From NCBI GenBank assembly GCA_014380365.1, contig JACMJZ010000032.1:104860-168859 (forward strand): a stretch of DNA of 64,000 bases. The letters run 5' to 3'. The position numbers and the translations under genes are program-made. Shown here piece by piece: positions 54,259 to 62,273 of the stretch. Each line of letters begins with the position of its first letter. Within the stretch, counting starts at the first letter, position 1. Below the pieces are notes generated by a model. That model was not told the origin of the DNA. It saw only the letters and a program-made list of their open reading frames with translations, and did no database searches. The stretch comes from Pyrinomonadaceae bacterium (GTDB lineage: Bacteria > Acidobacteriota > Blastocatellia > Pyrinomonadales > Pyrinomonadaceae).

Positions 54259-55917
54259 TTAGGGCACTACGGAGAACTTCGCCGAAGGAACCAGAGACTG
54301 GCCTGAGACGCGATCGCGTAAACGAATCGCTAACTCGTAATCGCCGGGAACCAGACCTTTCGTATCGATCAAGCGGGCCAGGGTCAAACGCTGTCCTGAG
54401 TCGCTGAGGCCGCGCCAATCTTCAAGTTGCTTCCCGAGTTCTTTGCCGTCTTTCGTTAATACATACTCGGCATCAACCGCAGGCCGCAGCGTCGTTTGAT
54501 CGATGCCGGCATTGTAAACCTGCATGTAGACGCCAACCGGTTGACCGCGACGATAGACTCCGGAAACGTTTGGGATCACCTTTGATTGGCCGATGACAAA
54601 TTGACCCACCGCTGGTTGATCGACGAGGCTTTCCAACTTCGCCGCAAGGACTAACGTAGACGTCGAAAGTTTTTGCGGATCATACTTGGGGACGGTGAAG
54701 CCGATGTGCTTCACTCCAGTAGCTCCGGAAGCTACATCGCGAACAATCACGTCAACTTTGTAGGTCCCAGGTGTCAGGGCAACCGCTTTCTGGTAAGCAG
54801 ACTTGCGGTCCTTAGCGTCAGTAAGTTCCGTTTGGGTAGCGGTAGTGATAACTGGATCTTCAAAGGTCCCCGCCCGACGCCCCGCTACGGATGTTATCCT
54901 TCCGAAGATATTGATGCGGGCCTGTTGGAGGCCACCGCTATCCTGAAACACCAGGTCCTTGTTGTCAGTTTGAATGGTCAGTGCGGTGATGACGCGCTCG
55001 TCTGACTGGCGAAAGAAATCTACGCGAATATCGAAGTTAAGCGGGTTGTCTTCGATGACGCCGGTGTTTACCGCAGAGGCGAGATCGTTAAACTTGACCT
55101 GCGGAGGACGACCGAGATCGGCCAGCATTTGCAGTCGCGAAAAGGGACTGTCTTGCTCACGCTGGTATTGGTTGTTTCCGACGCCGCCAAGCCCGGAAAT
55201 TCTATCGCCCTTATTGGATAACCCGAGTTGTTCCGAGAGAGTCAGACCGGCGCCCGGAATCATCAGGAGTGCATCTTTCTCGTTAGGGTTGCGCGCGATT
55301 CTATATTCGCCGCTGCCGGTTGGATCTACAAACTCAATCTCGATACCGGAACCCACACCGGGGAGATGGCGATAAAACCATATTTCAAAGGGAAAGGTTG
55401 AGGTGTTGCCGCCGCCTTCGTATGAGGGACGTTCGTAGCTGCCGCCCATCGGGTGGGTCTCCCGCTCGTGAGGCTTGCCATACATAATCCAGATACGCCC
55501 GCGGTCAGACTTCCAGCCAGGAATACCGGACGCAAAATGCTCATTCGCGTAGGCGATGCGTTCGTAGTATTCCTCTTTGAATTCGTTCTCGTCAGTATCG
55601 GGATCAGGGTCGCGACGCCGCCAGAATTCACCAATAAACTGCTCCCGCTCGTCATCAGTAGCCAGTTTCTTGAAAGCTTTCTTCTCCTCGTCGGAGATGA
55701 TGTAAGTCACGTCCTTATCCAGCCAATCCTTATAGGCCTTCTTAAGTTCGGGTTTCACATTCCGTGGCTTATCCGTGGGGTCCTGTGTTTGCCGGCGGTC
55801 CTGGGCGAACCCAGGCAGGGCGGAGCCAGCAACGAGGCCACCTAAAAGCAGGGCGAAAATCGGCCCTCGAAGAGAATATCTCAAATACGACATAGCTAAA
55901 CTCCTGCTAACTTGCAT
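54259..55917 (-). CDS. GWxTD domain-containing secreted protein
   Basis: Signal peptide. FIGEFWRRRDPDPDTDENEFKEEYYERIAYANEHF...GWKSDRGRIWIMYGKP is the GWxTD domain signature. Confidence 0.85.
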   Translation of the reverse strand: MQVSRSLAMSYLRYSLRGPIFALLLGGLVAGSALPGFAQDRRQTQDPTDKPRNVKPELKKAYKDWLDKDVTYIISDEEKKAFKKLATDDEREQFIGEFWRRRDPDPDTDENEFKEEYYERIAYANEHFASGIPGWKSDRGRIWIMYGKPHERETHPMGGSYERPSYEGGGNTSTFPFEIWFYRHLPGVGSGIEIEFVDPTGSGEYRIARNPNEKDALLMIPGAGLTLSEQLGLSNKGDRISGLGGVGNNQYQREQDSPFSRLQMLADLGRPPQVKFNDLASAVNTGVIEDNPLNFDIRVDFFRQSDERVITALTIQTDNKDLVFQDSGGLQQARINIFGRITSVAGRRAGTFEDPVITTATQTELTDAKDRKSAYQKAVALTPGTYKVDVIVRDVASGATGVKHIGFTVPKYDPQKLSTSTLVLAAKLESLVDQPAVGQFVIGQSKVIPNVSGVYRRGQPVGVYMQVYNAGIDQTTLRPAVDAEYVLTKDGKELGKQLEDWRGLSDSGQRLTLARLIDTKGLVPGDYELAIRLRDRVSGQSLVPSAKFSVVP

Positions 55918-56072
55918 GCAACTAAAAAAGGTTCGATCGGGACAAATCAGGGCGCGTCACGCGGGACTCAGGATTCTAAGGTTTCAGCAGATCACAGTCA
56001 AGATGCGGAAAATGCGACCATCCGTTGCTTTCGGGCGGTTGAAATTCCTTATAAGCATTCCAGATAAAGCGA

Positions 56073-57152
56073 TTATCCGTTCTGGTCAACTGCCCGTCGC
56101 GGACGGTTGAATATCCACGCCACCAGTATCGACAACATGTAAAGAACAATCATTGGGGTGGCAAACAACACCATGTTTGGAATGTCGTTCGTTGGCGAAA
56201 GTACGGCGGCAGAAATCAATATGACGATTAGGGCGGTCTTCCAAATCTTGATCAGAAATCGAGCGGTAACCAACCCTATCCGGGCGAGGACATACGTTAT
56301 TGCCGGCATTTGAAATACTATTCCCATGCCCAGCATCACTACGATAATCAAATCAAAGTAGTCGTTGGCTTTCAGTAATAGCCGGAAGTCCTGTCCTAAC
56401 CCGAGGAGGTACTTCGCTGCTGGAGGAAAAATTATTTTGTACGCGAACATCGCGCCCAGCACAAACGAGATAGAGGAGAGCGCGATAAAGGGTGTGACAT
56501 AGCCGCGCTCGTGCGGGTATAGGCCCGGCGAAACGAAAGCCCAGATTTGCCATAACAGAAACGGAACGGACAAGCAGAGCGCGGCATAGAGCGACACTTT
56601 GACGTACAGAGAAAACGGTTCGGTAGCGCTGGTGACGATTAACTTGTCATTGATCCCGGAATAGGCTTCAGGTAGCGCCGCAAAATCTATGGGAAGTCGC
56701 ACCCCTTTGGGAATGACTGTGTTGCCCGCGTAAAGCGGCTCATCGGTAAAAAGCCCGAGCTGGCCGTTTACATCTTTCGCGGCCCTCGCCATCACGGACG
56801 ACCCAACCGGAATCAGGCTCGTACCAAACTTCGTCTCTTCCGGGAAGATATAGCGCCCGGTGTCGTTTTCGCGAATTGAACCCAACGGCAAAATCTGTTC
56901 GTTGCCGGTTAATCCCTTGAATGGCACTTCGCGCCTCTGGGCCTCCGCCAGAGCGTGCTCGACGGGCACAGCAAGAAACGCATAGATACGACCCGAAACA
57001 AACCAGCAAAAAGTGGCCGCGAGAAACACAAACAACAGCGAACGGATCAGACGACTCCGCAGTTCGTCCAGGTGTTCGAGGAAAGACATCTGGCCGCCCA
57101 GGTCTTCTTCCTTACCCTTGCCGGCGGTGAGTGCTCTTAGAATCGTTGACAT
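56073..57152 (-). CDS. tatC: twin-arginine translocase subunit TatC with a ~100-aa insertion in the first periplasmic loop
   Basis: MSFLEHLDELRSRLIRS, PFSLYVKVSLY..., WAFVSPGLYPHERG, and a six-TM layout. Confidence 0.9.
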   Translation of the reverse strand: MSTILRALTAGKGKEEDLGGQMSFLEHLDELRSRLIRSLLFVFLAATFCWFVSGRIYAFLAVPVEHALAEAQRREVPFKGLTGNEQILPLGSIRENDTGRYIFPEETKFGTSLIPVGSSVMARAAKDVNGQLGLFTDEPLYAGNTVIPKGVRLPIDFAALPEAYSGINDKLIVTSATEPFSLYVKVSLYAALCLSVPFLLWQIWAFVSPGLYPHERGYVTPFIALSSISFVLGAMFAYKIIFPPAAKYLLGLGQDFRLLLKANDYFDLIIVVMLGMGIVFQMPAITYVLARIGLVTARFLIKIWKTALIVILISAAVLSPTNDIPNMVLFATPMIVLYMLSILVAWIFNRPRRAVDQNG

Positions 57153-57181
57153 TTAATGTGCTGGAAGCGGTGCCGGCGGTG

Positions 57182-57610
57182 TCATAACCAATCGCGCTTG
57201 CGCGAGGGTTCTGCGGGGTCAATCACCTCGTTCATGCCGGTAACAGAACTCAGATCAGTCTCGTTAGACGACGGAAGTGCGGCCAAATCGACAGGTTGGC
57301 GGGGTATCACTCGATCCGCGGCTACAGCTTCGACGGTCGGCGGTAGTAAAGTCTGGCTGCTGTCGTCCCATAGGTTGCTTTCCTGATGCGGCTTTGGCGA
57401 CTCGGAATTCTGTGTGCCAACCTCTTCGAGCGTCACCTCCCGGTCCCAGGTACGTTTGAAATCCTCTGAAGCGCGCCGAAACTCCGCCAGATGTTTCCCC
57501 ATCGAACGGCTCAGCTGCGGCAGCTTGCGTGGACCGAAAAAGACCAGCGCCATCACGAGGATGAAAACCAGTTCGGTACTGCCCAGCGACTCGAGAATCA
57601 ATAAAACCAC
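57182..57610 (-). CDS. tatA: TatA/TatB-family Sec-independent translocase component
   Basis: STELVFILVMALVFFGPRKLPQLSRSMGKHLAEFRRA. Confidence 0.85.
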   Translation of the reverse strand: MVLLILESLGSTELVFILVMALVFFGPRKLPQLSRSMGKHLAEFRRASEDFKRTWDREVTLEEVGTQNSESPKPHQESNLWDDSSQTLLPPTVEAVAADRVIPRQPVDLAALPSSNETDLSSVTGMNEVIDPAEPSRKRDWL

Positions 57611-57717
57611 TTGCTCAGGATACCTCTCGGCTTAATCGTTCGGGAAGATGCTTCCAGAGTTAGGGATTGTAACCTGTGGCCAGATAAACCAGAAGGACAC
57701 CTATAAAGGACACCTAT

Positions 57718-57925
57718 AGCTGGGAGCGCAGGCATCCTGCCTGCAATGAGCGCGCAGCGCGAATAACTCTGAGATCGTTGCCACATTTCACGTTATCCGC
57801 TCCATTCGTTCGCCAAACTTGACACGTTCCATGACCCTCGTAGAACCTTAATCCAACGGGCCGATCTTGAAACTCGGAGGATGAGACTAACGCGAGTTGA
57901 AGCAGACATGTCTGCGCTCCCAGCT
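57718..57925. repeat. inverted-repeat pair AGCTGGGAGCGCAG(G)CA..TG.CTGC flanking the ligase upstream region
   Basis: 14-bp perfect arms at 57718..57731 and 57912..57925. Each abuts a small palindrome (GCAGGCATCCTGCCTGC, GCAGACATGTCTGC). The interior has TTGACA (57819..57824), 16 nt, then TAGAAC. Confidence 0.6.
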
Positions 57926-57941
57926 GCAGCAAACTTTTTCT

Positions 57942-59627
57942 ATGGCAGTTCCCACTAACCAAGACACGGCCATCCCGTCAATTCCTGCTTCTCTTCAACA
58001 CTTAGCCGAGGTGGCGGAACAAGTCGCGGCCACCACCAAGAAACTTGAAAAGGCAGCGCTCGTTGGCGCATATCTCAAACAACTCAACAATGCTGACCTG
58101 GGACGCGCGGCTCGTTACTTCGCCGGCCATCAATTCGCTTCGCATGACTCCCGAACGACGAACGTTGGCGGCGCAATCATTAACGCCGCGCTGAGCGAGG
58201 CCACCGGATTGACCAACGAGGATCTTCAGCCGATCTATGTACGCCTCGGAGATGCAGGAGAAGCCGCCTTCGAAGCGGTCAAAGCAGCGGGACATTTTTC
58301 AGAACAATCAATCAGTCTGGCAGACATCGAATCGCTGATCGCCCGCCTCAGTGAAACCCGCGCGAATAAGGATAAGACCCGGTTGTTAGTCATCGTGTTG
58401 AGCCGCGCCACGCCGCTCGAGGCGAAGTACCTCATCAAACTACTGGTGGGAGATTTACGGATTGGGCTGCGCGAGAGCCTGGTTGAAGATGCAGTCGCCC
58501 GAGCTTTCGGCCAGCAGTTGTCCGCAGTAGCCCAGGTGAACATGCTGCTTGGCGACATTGGTGAGACGGCCGTGCGTGCCCGGGCAAACGACCTGGCAAA
58601 CGTCGAGATGCGTTTGTTTCACCCGATCAAGTTTATGTTGGCAACTCCCGCCGCGGACCTTGCAGATGTCGCACGCACTATGCCCGACGAGTTTTTTGTC
58701 GAGGATAAGTTCGACGGCATTCGCGCCCAGGTGCATGCGAAGGATGGTCGCGTGGCCATTTATTCGCGAACGATGGATGAGATCACGCATCGGTTTCCCG
58801 AGCTTATTGCCCCACTCCAACAGCTCCCGAACGATGCGGTTATCGATGGGGAAATCGTGCCGGCGCGCGGCGAGAAGATTCTGCCCTTCAGCGATCTGCA
58901 AAAGCGCCTGGGCCGAAAGACCATTGGCGACGATCTGTTGCGCGACGTTCCCGTCATTCTGGTGGCTTACGATCTGCTGTACGCGGACGGACACGTCTTG
59001 ACTGACGAATCGCTCGAGAGTCGCCGCCAGCTTATGGAGCAGATGATCCCGCGCGAGGGCACGATTAGACTGTCACTCGCCAAACGATTTTGCGAGGTTG
59101 CCGCTCTGGATGACGAATTCGACGCCGCGCGCGCCCGCGGCAACGAAGGTCTGATGATCAAGAGCCCGGCGTCTTTTTATAAGCCCGGAAAGCGCGGACG
59201 CGAGTGGTTGAAGGTGAAGCGGGCGATCGCGACGCTCGACGTGGTGGTCACGGCGGTTGAAGTTGGTCACGGAAAGCGTAGGAAGTTGCTGTCAGACTAC
59301 ACGTTTGCTGTGCGCCGTTCAGCCGACGACGAGGAATTGTTGAATATCGGCAAGGCATATTCCGGGTTGACTGACGTGGAGTTGACTGAAATGACTGAGT
59401 GGTTCACAAACCACACAATTCAGGAGTTTGCGCATGGAAGGGTTCGTTTGGTGGAACCGGCGATCGTGATTGAAGTCACCTTCGATCGTGTTCAGGAATC
59501 CAAAAGGCACAAGAGCGGCTATGCCCTGCGCTTTCCCAGAATCCTCCGCCTGCGGCCGGACAAGAAACCCGACGAGATCGACACACTGGAAACCGTCCGA
59601 AAACTGGTGGAAGCGAATACGAACTAA
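57942..59627 (+). CDS. ATP-dependent DNA ligase (Lig1-like, with N-terminal DNA-binding domain)
   Basis: Adenylation motif I EDKFDGIRAQ, then EGLMIKS and EWLKVK motifs and an OB-fold C-terminus. Start taken at ATG 57942. Confidence 0.9.
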   Translation: MAVPTNQDTAIPSIPASLQHLAEVAEQVAATTKKLEKAALVGAYLKQLNNADLGRAARYFAGHQFASHDSRTTNVGGAIINAALSEATGLTNEDLQPIYVRLGDAGEAAFEAVKAAGHFSEQSISLADIESLIARLSETRANKDKTRLLVIVLSRATPLEAKYLIKLLVGDLRIGLRESLVEDAVARAFGQQLSAVAQVNMLLGDIGETAVRARANDLANVEMRLFHPIKFMLATPAADLADVARTMPDEFFVEDKFDGIRAQVHAKDGRVAIYSRTMDEITHRFPELIAPLQQLPNDAVIDGEIVPARGEKILPFSDLQKRLGRKTIGDDLLRDVPVILVAYDLLYADGHVLTDESLESRRQLMEQMIPREGTIRLSLAKRFCEVAALDDEFDAARARGNEGLMIKSPASFYKPGKRGREWLKVKRAIATLDVVVTAVEVGHGKRRKLLSDYTFAVRRSADDEELLNIGKAYSGLTDVELTEMTEWFTNHTIQEFAHGRVRLVEPAIVIEVTFDRVQESKRHKSGYALRFPRILRLRPDKKPDEIDTLETVRKLVEANTN

Positions 59628-59633
59628 TAGCAT

Positions 59634-59733
59634 CCACAGATTACGCCGATTACACAGATTAAAAACAGAGTTGCCATTAGAGTTTTTATGACTGCCGTCG
59701 GTTTGGAATCTGCGTAATCGGCGTAATCTGCGG
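59634..59733. repeat. 27-bp inverted repeat of GATTACGCC/GATTACACA words (2 mismatches)
   Basis: CCACAGATTACGCCGATTACACAGATT (59634..59660) against AATCTGCGTAATCGGCGTAATCTGCGG (59707..59733). Confidence 0.75.
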
Positions 59734-59815
59734 ATATACATTTTCACCGGCGTTTGTGCTCTAAGCGTATCTTCAATATCATGCGACCCCAGGCGCGGTG
59801 CCCCCAATACAACTT

Positions 59816-61402
59816 ATGAACACTACGAAGACACTCTCGATTTTTACGTTCCTGCTTCTGATTGCGACAACAATGTCCGCCCAGTCTCCCAGAAGGAGAG
59901 GCGGCGTCCGAACGCCTGGTGCGAAGCCCCCAGCTACTCAGCCAGCGAAGCCAGCAGCGCAACCAGCAGCGATACCCGCAGTCACACCCAGGCCCGCATC
60001 CGTGGCGGCGCCAAAGGCCCCGGTCCTGCTGGCGGTTGTGAATGGCCAAAACATCACGACGGCGGATATTGATCCAAGGGTGCGGGAGCTAGTGGAGACT
60101 CTGGACGCGAGAATCGCAGGGGCGCGCAACCAAATCCTGGAGATGGAAATCAACACCTTGCTACTCGCCAGCGAAGCGAACAGGCGAAAGCTAACTCCCC
60201 AACAGTTTTACGATCTCGAGGTCACCAGAAAGATTACTGACCCTCCGGCTGCGGAAGTCGACAAGTTCATCGAGGACAATCGCGAAGAACTCAAGCAAGT
60301 CGATCCGGCGGCGGCGCGCAAACAGGTCGTTGAGTATTTACGTGGCGAACGCGAGGCGGCTATTTCCGCAGCGTTAGTTAAACGTCTTCGCGCCTCAACT
60401 TCGGTGGTCAAGGGCGCTCTCCCCAGTGCTTCGGATTTACCGGCGTCAGCGGTCATGGCAACAATCGGAGGACGCGCCATCACCGCGGGGACCATAAATG
60501 AACGACTCAAGCCCATTGCCTACGACATGCGGGTGAATGCCTACCGTCCGCAACGACAGGCGCTGGATCAGACAATCGACGACATGCTTTTGATCGCGGA
60601 GGCTAACCGGCGTAGCGTCGGGCCCGAGCAAATTATACGCACGGAAATCAGCGATAAAGTGCGCCCGCCCACCGAACAGGAGATAGCCAAGTTTTTCACT
60701 GACAACAAAGCGAGCATGAAGGGCGACCTTGCTTCAGTGCGTGATCAGATTGCGCAGTTCCTACAGGATCAGAATCAGGTTCGACTGGAGGAGGAGCTCT
60801 CCCTGCGGCTGCGCAAAGGCGCGAATATTCGAATACTCCTCTCCGAACCGACACCTCCAGCCCAGGCGGTAAGCGTCGACGACGATCCTGTACGCGGACC
60901 TGCAAGCGCAGCGGTCACCGTCGTCGAGTTTACGGACTTCCAATGTCCTTCGTGCGCCGCCATGCATCCGGTTTTGGAGGAAGTGCTGAAGTCGTACGGC
61001 GCGAAGGTGAGATTTGTCGTGCGGGATTTCCCGCTTGCCATGCACCCTCAGGCGCGGAAAGCGGCGGAGGCCGCGAATGCCGCACATGCTCAGGGCAAGT
61101 TCTTCGAGTATGCCGCGCTGCTTTTCAAACGCCAGAATGCGCTCGATGTTCCTTCACTGAAAAAGTATGCGACGGAACTGGGCCTGGATCGCGTTCGCTT
61201 TGACGCAGCGCTCGATGGGGGAAAGTTTGCCGATGAAGTGCGACATGACGTCGCGCAGGGCGAGTTGTATGGCGTTGGCGCAACGCCCACGATCTTTGTC
61301 AATGGAGTCATGCTCACCGAGTTGACTAGCGAAGGATTGCGAGCCGCGATCGACCGCGCACTCGCAACGCCCAATTCAGCGCCCAAAGTTTCCGCGAAGT
61401 AA
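59816..61402 (+). CDS. exported SurA_N-like chaperone domains fused to a DsbA-family thioredoxin domain
   Basis: Signal peptide MNTTKTLSIFTFLLLIATTMSA. Two SurA-N-like segments. C-terminal VVEFTDFQCPSCAAMHP (CxxC) with the DsbA pattern. Confidence 0.8.
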   Translation: MNTTKTLSIFTFLLLIATTMSAQSPRRRGGVRTPGAKPPATQPAKPAAQPAAIPAVTPRPASVAAPKAPVLLAVVNGQNITTADIDPRVRELVETLDARIAGARNQILEMEINTLLLASEANRRKLTPQQFYDLEVTRKITDPPAAEVDKFIEDNREELKQVDPAAARKQVVEYLRGEREAAISAALVKRLRASTSVVKGALPSASDLPASAVMATIGGRAITAGTINERLKPIAYDMRVNAYRPQRQALDQTIDDMLLIAEANRRSVGPEQIIRTEISDKVRPPTEQEIAKFFTDNKASMKGDLASVRDQIAQFLQDQNQVRLEEELSLRLRKGANIRILLSEPTPPAQAVSVDDDPVRGPASAAVTVVEFTDFQCPSCAAMHPVLEEVLKSYGAKVRFVVRDFPLAMHPQARKAAEAANAAHAQGKFFEYAALLFKRQNALDVPSLKKYATELGLDRVRFDAALDGGKFADEVRHDVAQGELYGVGATPTIFVNGVMLTELTSEGLRAAIDRALATPNSAPKVSAK

Positions 61403-61410
61403 ACCTTTCT

Positions 61411-61995
61411 TCAGTTCGCTTTTTTTCGGGTCAAAATATTACACGCCTCAACCACGCTGGTGGGATCGATAGCCGAGTTTCCTTCGTCGATGTGACGAAT
61501 GATCCCCTCTTTATCGATCACAAAAGTTGCCCGGTTGCCGAACCCCTGCTCTTCGTTGAAGATTCCGTAGTCCTTAACCACGGTGCGTTTGAAGTCACTT
61601 AGTAGCGGAAAGGTGACGCCAATCTGCTTGGCAAACTCGCGGTTAGCGGGAACGCTGTCAACACTGAGTCCAAATACCTGCGTGTCAGTTGCTTCGAATT
61701 TGGCAATACCAGCCTGGTACGCCTGCATTTCCTTCGTTCAACCACCGGTGAACGCCAGCACGTATGCGGCGATCACGACATTCTTCTGACCTTTGAAGTC
61801 GCTCAACTTGTACGTCTTGCCGTCCGTTGCGCGCAGCGTAAAGTCCGGCGCCGGCTGGCCAACCTGCAGGTGCGTCTTCGGCGCCGCCGGCCGAGGCGCG
61901 GGGCTTGCGGCCGGTGACGGCGCGGGCGCTTGCGCAAATGCCGACACGGCAAGAGACGCCAGCAAGACCACCAACGTTAAGGATCTCTTAATCAT
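61411..61995 (-). CDS. exported peroxiredoxin-like (AhpC/TSA-redoxin) selenoprotein, Sec86 encoded by TGA 61738..61740
   Basis: Two same-frame ORFs join through the TGA: ...[42 protein letters not shown]...FPLLSDF...[20 protein letters not shown] lies 7 nt upstream of ATG 61995. Signal peptide present. Confidence 0.8.
61702..61723 (-). promoter_or_regulatory. SECIS-like stem-loop for the Prx-like gene
   Basis: mRNA GGCG-UACCA-GGC-UGGUA-U-UGCC: 9 bp with one bulged U and a G-rich apical loop, starting 14 nt after the UGA. Confidence 0.4.
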
Positions 61996-62149
61996 TCCGA
62001 ATCTCCTCTCAACAGCTTCCGACAAACTTATGGCAAAAAGCTACTTTACAAACGCTTGTCGCAGGATAAACGCTAGCGCGCGGTGGAGCAAGGTCTAGTA
62101 CAATTCGATAGTATCCTGAACTTGAATTGATCGAATTCGAAGCCTGGAC

Positions 62150-62230
62150 CGGGGCACTAGCCCGACCGTCAGGGAGGGCTCTGATCGAGGCATGAGCGGA
62201 GCCCTCCCTGACGGTCGGGCTAATGCCCCG
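62150..62230. repeat. 32-bp inverted repeat (1 mismatch) with a 17-nt loop
   Basis: CGGGGCACTAGCCCGACCGTCAGGGAGGGCTC (62150..62181) against GAGCCCTCCCTGACGGTCGGGCTAATGCCCCG (62199..62230). Lies between the divergent Prx-like and ubiB-like genes. Confidence 0.8.
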
Positions 62231-62273
62231 CTCCGGTAACATGTCTACGCCAGCGCCAAAAGGAAACCCGTAA

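Noticed and set aside
61738-62025. Treating 61738..62025 and 61411..61728 as two separate small genes
   Set aside because: They are in the same frame, separated only by a TGA and three codons. Each is only half a thioredoxin fold, and the TGA sits at the catalytic Cys position. A single Sec-containing CDS is the better model.
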